A DNA stretch of 37,663 nt from an uncultured archaeon (GTDB lineage Archaea > Aenigmatarchaeota > Aenigmatarchaeia > CG10238-14): NCBI GenBank assembly GCA_964392445.1, contig CAYMPD010000010.1:1-37663 (forward strand), given 5' to 3'. This document shows, in pieces, positions 28,095 to 36,337 of the stretch. The position numbers and the translations under genes were made by a program. The notes beneath the pieces are model-generated. The model saw nothing but the letters and a program-made list of their open reading frames with translations. It was not told where the DNA came from and searched no databases. Within the stretch, counting starts at the first letter, position 1, and every line of letters starts with the position of its first letter.

Positions 28095-28766
28095 TTATAA
28101 TTTATTTCTCCTCAAAAATAATATCATACCCAGAACAAAGATAAAAGTTAGTATTCCATAAACTATGTTTGCAGCTAAACCTGTCGCTGACACAAACTTC
28201 GCTGTTATTCTCTGACTTGAAAATAACCACAATAGGGATAATCCGGAACCCAAAATAATAATAATTTTAAGTAAATCTTCTAGTACCTGTTTTCTATTAT
28301 AAGCTACTCCCTCTTCATATTCTCTTTTTTCTTCCTCAGTAACTTCACCAACCCCAACCTCGTAATTAGCACCTACAACAAATCTTTGAACTACTTCTCT
28401 CGTTAAATCATCTTTTCTTTCTTCTACCTGGTCTCTAATCGGACGATCTGGATCTAATTTTCCCCTTAAACTATAAGGAATTTTATTTGTTTTAACAATA
28501 ACATTATGTCCTTCTACATCAATATAATCCTGGATTGGTGGTTCCATTTCATTGTATCTAGAATCTCTTTCAGTGATACTTATCACACCATTGCTTTCCC
28601 TTCTCGCAGTGACCTCGACATTATATTCTTCACCTCTATCGTCAACCAAAGTTGTATCATAAACTTTTTCAGGAAATTCTCCTTCTATGGTCTCACGAAG
28701 GTGTCTTCTTAGACCGGGAGTTAATCCTTTATTATCAAGCTCATAAGCTTCAACATCATCCGTCAT
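28095..28766 (-). CDS. Hypothetical protein with two C-terminal TM helices
   Basis: Acidic soluble N-terminal domain and two hydrophobic C-terminal helices. Confidence 0.65.
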   Translation of the reverse strand: MTDDVEAYELDNKGLTPGLRRHLRETIEGEFPEKVYDTTLVDDRGEEYNVEVTARRESNGVISITERDSRYNEMEPPIQDYIDVEGHNVIVKTNKIPYSLRGKLDPDRPIRDQVEERKDDLTREVVQRFVVGANYEVGVGEVTEEEKREYEEGVAYNRKQVLEDLLKIIIILGSGLSLLWLFSSQRITAKFVSATGLAANIVYGILTFIFVLGMILFLRRNKL

Positions 28767-28856
28767 ACTAATAAATTAGAATCTCAGAATAAATTGGTAT
28801 CTGAGTAAGGAATAGAATTATAACTTTGATTTACTGATTAATCCTTAGACCTCAAA

Positions 28857-28915
28857 TCCGATGATGACTGACAGGCGGACTGAAACCAGATGAAGAATCC
28901 TTTAAGTTCAGAGGA
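28857..28915 (+). ncRNA. Box C/D guide sRNA, predicted to target 16S rRNA
   Basis: TCC-G-ATGATGA(C, 28861-67)-CTGACAGGCGGA-CTGA(D', 28880-83)-AACCAG-ATGAAGA(C', 28890-96)-ATCCTTTAAGTT-CAGA(D, 28909-12)-GGA; both guides are 12 nt; terminal stem TCC/GGA. Confidence 0.8.
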
Positions 28916-29074
28916 GAGGAAATAACGTTCATTTTTTAATTTATCTTCCCTATCCTCTTCAAATAATTCCAAACCTTCACCACAATCTTCCTTTCCGAAT
29001 CCCCATTTAATTAGTTATTGGAAATATTGAAAAAGATTAAAAGTTAGGATTTTGCTTAATATTAATATGATTAC

Positions 29075-29269
29075 ATGAAGTTCAAGAGGATTTTTATCAT
29101 ATTAACATCAACAGGATTAGGAATTTTATTACCTTGGGTAGTCTTTCTGATCACAAAGAACGATAATGCTTACTATGGGCTAGCTATTTTACCCTTAATT
29201 GCGTTGAGTATAGTTCTGGGTTTATTAAGTTTTATAATATCATTCTTTCTAGTAAGAAAATCTCTTTGA
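29075..29269 (+). CDS. Small two-TM membrane protein (64 aa)
   Basis: Two hydrophobic helices; co-oriented with the next gene. Confidence 0.55.
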   Translation: MKFKRIFIILTSTGLGILLPWVVFLITKNDNAYYGLAILPLIALSIVLGLLSFIISFFLVRKSL

Positions 29270-29316
29270 TTGACCAAGTTTTTATATTCTTTAAGACAAA
29301 AATTATAATTGATTGG

Positions 29317-30450
29317 ATGAAAGGGAAAGCCATCAAATTACTGATTCTTCTTTTTACTCTAACCCTAATCCCTAGCATCTTAGCATTTGAACTTAAGGTT
29401 GGTGGAGATGTATATATTCCTTCTGACACCACAATAGATGATGACTTCTATGTAACTGGAGGTAAAATAATTCATGGTGGTACCGTCAATGGGGACTTAG
29501 TTGCTGCTGGTGGAGATATTGATCTTAGTGGTAAGACAACCGAAGACCTAATAGTCGTAGGAGGAAACATTGAAATATCAGGAATAATAGGAGATGATCT
29601 AAGAGCTGCTGGTGGGAAAATCGAACTTGATGGTTATGTTCAAGATGATGTGTTTATTGCTGGTGGGCAGATTGTTCTTTCAAGTGATTCCAAAATAGAG
29701 GGTAACTTAATAATAACCGGAGGACAGGTAAGAACAGAATCTATTGTAAAAGAGAATGTCTCGATAAGTGCGGGCAGAGTTAAATTAGGCGGAAAAATAT
29801 CTGGTGATGTTACCGTAAATGGTGGAACAGTAAAAATTCTCCCAAACACAGTGATCGAAGGCAACTTAAACTGTACATCCTCTAAAGAAATTGAAATTCC
29901 TGCTAGTGCAACAATTGAGGGTGAATTCAACCAACGAGTAGTTAGAAGATTTTTTAGATTTCCAAGAGAATTCAAATTAAGATCAAAAATAGTCTCAAGT
30001 ATGAGAAAATACTTTATGCCTCTTTTTGTGGGAATAGTACTTATTTTACTGCTAGAAAAAACTTTATTAGATATTTCCCAGAGAATAATCGATCGTCCTT
30101 TAACTTCGTTTGTTCTCGGATTTTTATTCCTTATCTTTACCCCCATCATGTGCATATTCCTAATAATTACTATTATCGGAATACCGGTTGGCATAATTCT
30201 GTTCTTTTTCTATTTGATTACCCTATACCTAAGCAAAATATTTGTTTCAGTTGTGATCGGTGAGAAAATCCTAGGTAAAAGTAAGAAAAAATTTGGGTTG
30301 ATAGTTAAGTTTGCTTTCGGATTATTAGTATGGTTAACTTTGAGATTATTACCTCTAATCGGATTTCTATGGGATATAATGACGATTTTATTTGGTTCAG
30401 GTGCAGTGATATCTGTATTTAGAAAAAGAAATCGAAAAAAGGGGATTTAA
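29317..30450 (+). CDS. Polymer-forming (bactofilin-like) beta-helix repeat protein with a C-terminal multi-TM domain
   Basis: Signal peptide, repeated G-D-[LV]-x-[AV]-x-G-G-x-[IV] units (GDLVAAGGDI, EDLIVVGGNI, DDLRAAGGKI, DDVFIAGGQI), then 4-5 TM helices. ATG at 29317. Confidence 0.75.
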   Translation: MKGKAIKLLILLFTLTLIPSILAFELKVGGDVYIPSDTTIDDDFYVTGGKIIHGGTVNGDLVAAGGDIDLSGKTTEDLIVVGGNIEISGIIGDDLRAAGGKIELDGYVQDDVFIAGGQIVLSSDSKIEGNLIITGGQVRTESIVKENVSISAGRVKLGGKISGDVTVNGGTVKILPNTVIEGNLNCTSSKEIEIPASATIEGEFNQRVVRRFFRFPREFKLRSKIVSSMRKYFMPLFVGIVLILLLEKTLLDISQRIIDRPLTSFVLGFLFLIFTPIMCIFLIITIIGIPVGIILFFFYLITLYLSKIFVSVVIGEKILGKSKKKFGLIVKFAFGLLVWLTLRLLPLIGFLWDIMTILFGSGAVISVFRKRNRKKGI

Positions 30451-30452
30451 CC

Positions 30453-30920
30453 TCAATCCTGTAATACTCTCTTCACAGGGTCTTCTGGTTTGTATTTGAC
30501 TATGTCATAAACTATCAATGTTTCTGATTTTTCTACAACTTGCATTTCATGAAGCCGTTTAAGAAGGGATGTTAGTTCATCTATGTCTTTTACAATTACC
30601 TCTAGCAGGATGTCGAATTGACCATAAAGATAGTTCATTTGAGATATTTGGGGAATTCTCTTCAATTTTTTTTCTGCGTCCTTTCTTAGCTCCTTTTTTG
30701 GACTAGCTTTTAGTAATATGTAGGCTTTAAGTTTTAGATCTAACTTTTTCAAATCTAGTTTTGAGGTGAAGTTTTTTATGAATCCTTTTCTCTTCAGCGA
30801 TTTTATTCTACTATAGACTGTTTGTCGAGTTAAACCAACGTTTTTACCTATATCCGCATAAGAAGACCTTCCGTCGATTAGTAAGTTCAACATAATCTTT
30901 TTGTCTTTTTCGTCTATCAT
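30453..30920 (-). CDS. Lrp/AsnC family transcriptional regulator
   Basis: IDEKDKKIMLNLLIDGRSSYADIGKNVGLTRQTVYSRIKSL HTH; RAM domain with LYGQFDILL. Confidence 0.92.
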   Translation of the reverse strand: MIDEKDKKIMLNLLIDGRSSYADIGKNVGLTRQTVYSRIKSLKRKGFIKNFTSKLDLKKLDLKLKAYILLKASPKKELRKDAEKKLKRIPQISQMNYLYGQFDILLEVIVKDIDELTSLLKRLHEMQVVEKSETLIVYDIVKYKPEDPVKRVLQD

Positions 30921-31051
30921 ACAAATGTTATTTTACTAGTTAATTATTTATAATTATGTTAAATTTAGTTCTTATTTTATTTTATTTGTAAAAAAAATTC
31001 CTTTTTAATTATATATTGTGTCAGATTTAGAATGATAGAGAAGGTGAGTCT

Positions 31052-31264
31052 ATGACTGAAGAAGAAATAGCGTATATTGAAGTAGATGGTGAGAGATATT
31101 GTGGATCCCCAAATGATGTGAGAAGTAGAATGGGATTTTTAATGGAACAAGATTTATTAAGAGGTTCTCCAAAAATTGAGACTGTTACTCCAGAGAATTT
31201 AGGACAAGCGAGACCAATATCTGATTTAGGTAGTCAATTTAGGAGTCTACCTTATTGGCGATAA
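31052..31264 (+). CDS. Hypothetical protein (70 aa)
   Basis: AGGTGA RBS upstream; the TAA overlaps the next ATG. Confidence 0.55.
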   Translation: MTEEEIAYIEVDGERYCGSPNDVRSRMGFLMEQDLLRGSPKIETVTPENLGQARPISDLGSQFRSLPYWR

Positions 31265-31524
31265 TGATTATTGAAACACTTGATAAGAAAATTGAAAAAA
31301 ATATGTCAACCAGAATTTTTACGAGAAATATAAACGAAGGTACATTATTTACCTGGGAAGAAATCAATAGATTTGGTCTCATAAGAGATGCTCCTTATTT
31401 TAAAGGTACCGGTATTATATACAGATATCCAAATTCAAGATGGCGTTCTTTTGTTGTAAATGAAGTTCAAAAAAATGGTAGAAAAGAATATGAAGTGGTT
31501 AGAATACTTAATTCTGGTACTTGA
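31264..31524 (+). CDS. Hypothetical protein (86 aa)
   Basis: TAATG coupling to the previous ORF; ATG at 31264 is preferred. Confidence 0.5.
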   Translation: MIIETLDKKIEKNMSTRIFTRNINEGTLFTWEEINRFGLIRDAPYFKGTGIIYRYPNSRWRSFVVNEVQKNGRKEYEVVRILNSGT

Positions 31525-31570
31525 AAACATTATAATCTACCTAGCTCACGCTAAACAAATCTTAATTCTA

Positions 31571-31586
31571 AAAGAAAAAGTAAAAT
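31571..31586 (-). terminator. U-rich tract downstream of the 23S processing stem
   Basis: Minus strand TTTTACTTTTTCTTT immediately after the outer processing stem; archaeal terminators are oligo-U tracts. Confidence 0.45.
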
Positions 31587-31771
31587 TTCATAGGCTTACC
31601 AACTTTAGCAATCTAGGTCTCTCAAACGATTAGTAACAGTAGGCTAAATATCTCGAGCGAACTCTTGATACGTACACCTCTGTTCTATCAAACTCATCGT
31701 CTATGAGTGTCTTCGCCACAAAACCGTATATCGCTACACAGCATTGTGAATGTTGGTCTATTTTTGAGGTC

Positions 31772-31804
<33 letters not shown>

Positions 31805-31923
31805 GTTACAGCGTAGCTACCCGGCGATGCAATCACAACCGGTACACCAGAGGCTGCGAGATCATGTTCCTTTCGTACTTGTGATTTCTTCCTCTCAGAC
31901 CAACAGCACCTTCAATAGAGAAC

Positions 31924-31957
<34 letters not shown>

Positions 31958-32084
31958 AACGTCCCCCTTTGATCAGTGGACACCTGCACCCTTGGTTGCT
32001 ACTGCACAACCAGGAGGGGGGGAGCCGACAGCGGAGAAGCAATGCGCCTCGTCGATGTGGACTCTCGGAGGCCACGACTCCATT

Positions 32085-32213
32085 TTAGGGATTTAATCTA
32101 ACTTATCTAATAAATTCATTTTTCTATCAGGATGTGAAAATTCGATTCTCTCGTGGTATTTCCTCAAATTCTCTTTCCCATGAATTATTTTTGTTTTTTA
32201 GCTAAATTAAACT
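32085..32213 (-). mobile_element. 129-nt BHB-type 23S intron after U2449 (E. coli numbering) with a homing endonuclease relic
   Basis: Removal restores GGGGAU|AAUGGAGUCG. Central helix GGGG/CCCU, bulges AU|A and AA|A, 12-bp intron stem; the exon-side helix is weak (relaxed BHB). Confidence 0.85.
32093..32197 (-). pseudogene. C-terminal relic of a LAGLIDADG endonuclease
   Basis: KTKIIHGKENLRKYHERIEFSHPDRKMNLLDKLD*, with no start codon; compare the C-terminus of the intact neighbour, SISNDESIRKFNSLIPFQHPDKKSKL. Confidence 0.7.
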
Positions 32214-33550
32214 ATCCCCGAGGTAGCTTTTCTGATACCACCAGGCCCCATTAAGAGGCACATGATGTATCGCTAACCCACGCTTTCACGGCTGGATTCC
32301 TTATTGGGTAGAATCCAGTCAAGCCAGCTTTTGCGTTTGCACTCTACTCCCGATTCCTGTCCGGGATGAGCTGGCCTTTGGGCTCCGTTGATGAATTTTC
32401 AACGGAGTACCGCCCCAGCCGAGCTGTCCATCTAGCATTGTCCCGCTATCGCGGTGAGCGCTGCGTTTTTGGAAGGGTAGTGTTCCATGGTCGTCTCCAC
32501 TTGACCCGAAAGTCAAGCATTAACAACTCCTACCTACACTCTGCAACCAAAACCACAGCACAGCACCAAACTACAGCAAAGCTCTACGGGGTCTTCGCTT
32601 CCCATTGAAGGTCTGTGGCATATTCACCACAAGGCAGTTTCACTAGGCCTTAGTTTGGGACAGTGAGGAGATCGTTAAGCCACTCAAGCAGGTCGTCAAT
32701 TAAACGACAAGAGATTACGCTACTTTATGACGGTCAGAGTTACCGCCGCCGTTTAGTGGGGCTTAGGTTGGTTGAAACCAACTTTGACACACCACCACTG
32801 GGCAGGCCTCAGGAACTATACTCAGGATTTCTCCCTAGCAGTCCCCTATGTTTTTGTTAAACAGTCGCCTCCTCCTTGTTACTGAGACCTGCGACCCGGT
32901 TAAAGGTCACAGGCACCCCTTATACCAAAGGTACGGGGCCATTGTTGCCGAATTCCCTAAACTAAGTTCACCTAGGACGTCTTCTCCTTTTCAGAGAGGG
33001 GCACCTGTGTCAGTTCTGAGTACGAACATGAGAAATCCTTTAAAAAACCATTTTCATTGTCCCCAGGAACAAACAAAACTTATCATAAGATAAGCTCTTC
33101 TACCTTCATTTGGTTCTCTTCTTGACGAATCTCCCCAAATTTAAATAGCTGACTTGCGTTCGCCTATCCCAAAGTGTCTGGTTTTTTACTTGTGTCGCCA
33201 CGTGTATTCTCATGGTATAGGAATATTAACCTATTTCCCTTTCCCCAAGCTCAGTTAAGACTTAGGTTAGGATCGACTAACTGCCAGATGATCAACATTG
33301 CTGGCAAACCCTTGCCCTTAAGACGGTTGGGGCTCTCACCCAACTACGCTGCTACTCGCATCAGGATTTTCATTTCTTAACGGTCCATAGGATCTCACGA
33401 CCCTACTTCTATCCATTAAGGACGCCTCGATACCACATTCCTTTCGGAGTCCAAGGTCTCGGTAATCAACTTAGTGTCTTCCATTTTCAGAGCTCATAAC
33501 CTCGGTTGGTGAACTGTTACGTACTCTTTAAAGGATGGCTGTTTCTAAGC

Positions 33551-34180
33551 TTAGGCCAATAATAGTGCTAGTTTCGATTTCTTATCTGGATGTTGAAAAG
33601 GAATTAAAGAATTGAATTTTCTTATAGATTCATCGTTACTTATAGATAGAACAAATCTCGGATAATTACTCATCCTTGTTTTAGTTCTCAATCTTACTCC
33701 CCCTGTTTTTATTTTTAAACTTATGAGGAAATTTCTAATATCCCTCAAAGGTGGGCATTCTTTGGAATTATTCCATGAGTGATAAAAGTCTATGTTTATA
33801 TACTTTTTATCATCTTTTTTGTAAACACCTATTCCACCTTCTGCGTCAAAAAATCCTGCTATATACCATCTAATCATTTCCCTATCTTTTATAAAAGATG
33901 GTGTTCCCCAGAATATTTGTTCTCCTGAAAATGGAAATTCTTTTCCTAAGAGCCAATTGAATAGTTTTTTACTAGAAAATTTTAATTTATAACCATTTCT
34001 AGCATTCTTAATAGGAGTTTTAATGTTGAAAACTTCTATTAGAATTTTTTGGATAAACTCCAACCAATTTTTGTTTTTCTGCCAAATTACTATATTGTAT
34101 TTTTTATTGTTAAACTTCGCTGATCCATCTCTGAAAGCCCCTAGAAAATAAGATTCCAATAATTTTTTATCTTGAATCAT
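33551..34180 (-). CDS. Two-motif LAGLIDADG homing endonuclease
   Basis: YFLGAFRDGSA and WYIAGFFDAEGGI. ATG at 34180 (track uses TTG at 34189); the stop TAA ends exactly at the 3' splice site. Confidence 0.9.
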   Translation of the reverse strand: MIQDKKLLESYFLGAFRDGSAKFNNKKYNIVIWQKNKNWLEFIQKILIEVFNIKTPIKNARNGYKLKFSSKKLFNWLLGKEFPFSGEQIFWGTPSFIKDREMIRWYIAGFFDAEGGIGVYKKDDKKYINIDFYHSWNNSKECPPLRDIRNFLISLKIKTGGVRLRTKTRMSNYPRFVLSISNDESIRKFNSLIPFQHPDKKSKLALLLA

Positions 34181-34253
34181 AGTATCCAATGTATATATAT
34201 TAATTTTTATACTATTTAAGTTTTTCCAAATAAGAAAACAGCACTATTACTGT
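33551..34253 (-). mobile_element. 703-nt BHB 23S intron after G1062 (helix 43, GTPase-associated centre)
   Basis: Removal restores GGAGGUAG|GCUUAGAAACAGCC. Canonical BHB: exon helix UUGGG/CUUAG, central helix AGGU/GCCU, bulges AG|A and AA|G, 14-bp intron stem. Confidence 0.92.
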
Positions 34254-34513
34254 CTACCTCCCAACTGTCTGAGGATATGAACATCCTTCAGCAGTTAGTT
34301 GATATTTAAACACCTTAACCCTGGTCTCGGTTTTTCCCGTTTCGGAGGCCCGGCTTACCCGGACACCCTCACTTTGGATCTTCTACGACGATAAGAGATT
34401 CGGAGTTTAACAGGAAAGCTGAGCCTTTCGACCCTCGACAATCCAATTGGTAGCTCTACCCTCTTATCTATCTCTGATCCGGCTGCACTAAGATGCATTT
34501 TTCGAGGAACCCG

Positions 34514-35278
34514 CTATTTCCAGTCTCGATTGGCTTTTGGTGCTGGATTTGCTGAAAAAGTATTAATCATAATATTAAGAACTTCGTTTTTAGTATGGTT
34601 CTTCCATCTTTTGCTCCCATGTATTTTTACGTTTTCTATAAAACCGATCTCATTCCGGTATTTATTGAATTGATCAATTCCACTTATTCTAATTTCATTA
34701 AAAGTTTTTGTCGTATTATATCCACAATCTTTAATTAATTTATCCCAATCCTTCCTCAAATTTGGATTATGACATCGAAGAAACAATCTTCTTTGCCAAT
34801 AAGATTTTTCTCTTACCTTAATCTTATGGAATTCAATACCACCATCGGTACTCATAGCAATTTTGACGGCGATTTTTTTACGACTTAAAGGTCCATTTTT
34901 TATTATAGATGGAATTTCTGCTGGAGGATAACCATTAATCGGTTTACATTCCCTACAAGCAGCTTTTTCTGGAACTCCCTTTAATTTCGGACAAATTGGA
35001 TAAGTTTCACATTTTCTAGTTCTATAACTTCTAGAAAATTTTAGCAAGTATTTTGCTATACTAACATCACAAATCCGTACTTTAGTTACTGTGGAACTTT
35101 TTATCTCCTTAAAATCTAACTTTTTTCCGAATATTTCATTCATTTCTATTTTAAAGAGTTCACGTATGCTTTTTGAATTGCTCGTCAAAAATATTTCATA
35201 ACTGTTTTCACTGAGTCTCGAAATACCTCCATCAGTCAATAGCAAAGTAATTACTGAAACTAAAGGAATTTTGTCCAT
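34514..35278 (-). CDS. Two-motif LAGLIDADG homing endonuclease with a Cys-rich insert; the ORF runs past the 3' splice site
   Basis: ITLLLTDGGI and IAMSTDGGI; there is no stop codon inside the intron. Confidence 0.85.
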   Translation of the reverse strand: MDKIPLVSVITLLLTDGGISRLSENSYEIFLTSNSKSIRELFKIEMNEIFGKKLDFKEIKSSTVTKVRICDVSIAKYLLKFSRSYRTRKCETYPICPKLKGVPEKAACRECKPINGYPPAEIPSIIKNGPLSRKKIAVKIAMSTDGGIEFHKIKVREKSYWQRRLFLRCHNPNLRKDWDKLIKDCGYNTTKTFNEIRISGIDQFNKYRNEIGFIENVKIHGSKRWKNHTKNEVLNIMINTFSANPAPKANRDWK

Positions 35279-35322
35279 ACTAAATAAACGAATTTCTAGG
35301 TTAAAAAATCAACAAATCCAGT
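34537..35322 (-). mobile_element. 786-nt BHB 23S intron after A782 (helix 35a loop region)
   Basis: Removal restores GGGGUGAA|AAGCCAAUCG. Central helix GGUG/CACC, bulges AA|A and AA|A, 13-bp intron stem CUGGAUUUGUUGA/UCAGCAAAUCCAG. Confidence 0.92.
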
Positions 35323-36269
35323 TTCACCCCTAACCCCAAGTCACCCGAGCGATTGGTCCTCAGCATCGGTAACAGTCCTCCATCCAGCTTTCGCCGGACT
35401 TCAACTTACTTAGGGTTAGATCGACTGGCTTCGGGTCTTATCCCAGTGATTTATAGGCGCTTATCACACCCCGAGCCACACTGAAGCAAGCTTCAGCTAC
35501 GCTCTTGTTGCTTTCGCTAAAATTTTCATTTCACCACTGAAATAAACTCCCTGACCCATTCTTCAAAACGGATGTTGCAACACTGATAAACTTTCGTGCC
35601 GCAACTGCCTATATCTGCTTGGTTTCAGGCTCTTTTCGCCTCCCGTTAAGGATGCTTTTCAGTTTTCTCTCACGATACTAAATACGCTATCGGACTTCGG
35701 TTATATTTAGGGTTGGATGTAAATGTCACCCAAATTCTTGGTCTATATCCAAAGAACAGTACTCAGGATACTTGGCATTTCACTTCTTGTATCTTTCTAC
35801 GAGACTATCACTCTCTATGGTGTCCCTTTCCAGGGAACTTTAAATTAACAAGTTAGAGAAGACCCAAGTCCTATAACACCACATTCTTACTAGTTCATCA
35901 CTAGCAAGTTCGGTTTGCCCTTTGTCGCTTTTATTCGCCATTACTCACGACATCTCAATTGATTTCTCTTCCTGCGGGTACTAAGATGCTTCAATCTCCC
36001 GCGTCAGATTTCCTTTCGGAATGTCCCGAAGGACAGGATTTCCCATTCAGACATCTCAAGATCAAAGGCTGCATGCGCCTACCTTGAGCTTATCGCAGCT
36101 TACCACGTCCTTTATCTCTTCCAAAGCCTAACCATCCACCAAACAGAATCTACGACCTAGATTTTTGCTGTTGGTAAACCTATGATAGAATCATCAAAAT
36201 CTTCCTTACGGTCGATTTTCTTCTCTTAACCCCTCATAGCATCCTGAAGAGTCGCATCTTTTGTTTTTT

Positions 36270-36330
36270 GGCTCAAATGGTGTCCTTTCTCTTCATCTTA
36301 AATCAGAGAGACAGTTCGTCTATCACAGCC
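36270..36330 (-). ncRNA. Box C/D guide sRNA in the 23S leader, complementary to this 23S PTC
   Basis: GGC-U-GUGAUAG(C)-ACGAACUGUCUCU-CUGA(D')-UUUAAG-AUGAAGA(C')-GAAAGGACACCAU-UUGA(D)-GCC. The C/D K-turn carries a compensatory A-U pair; the guides match the plus strand at 31927-31937 and 31978-31984. Confidence 0.8.
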
Positions 36331-36337
36331 AAAAAGA

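Noticed and set aside
28868-28879. sRNA D' guide as complementary to a tRNA-Asp(GUC) anticodon arm (UCCGC-CUGUCA)
   Set aside because: It would methylate position 31, which is atypical, and no tRNA is in the window to test. The 16S site next to the D-guide target is more parsimonious, but this remains checkable.
28839-29010. Minus-strand open frame (KWGFGKEDCGEGLELFEED...)
   Set aside because: It has no start codon, overlaps the C/D sRNA antisense and has no recognisable family.
32085-35322. The 23S insertions as group I self-splicing introns
   Set aside because: There is no room or sequence for a P3-P7 core (the HEGs fill the introns, and the smallest is 129 nt), and all three junctions fit BHB cleavage geometry exactly.
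36186-36225. UUGAUGA and a GUAA-capped hairpin just before the processing stem, as a third guide RNA
   Set aside because: No matching D box or canonical 3-nt K-turn bulge could be built.
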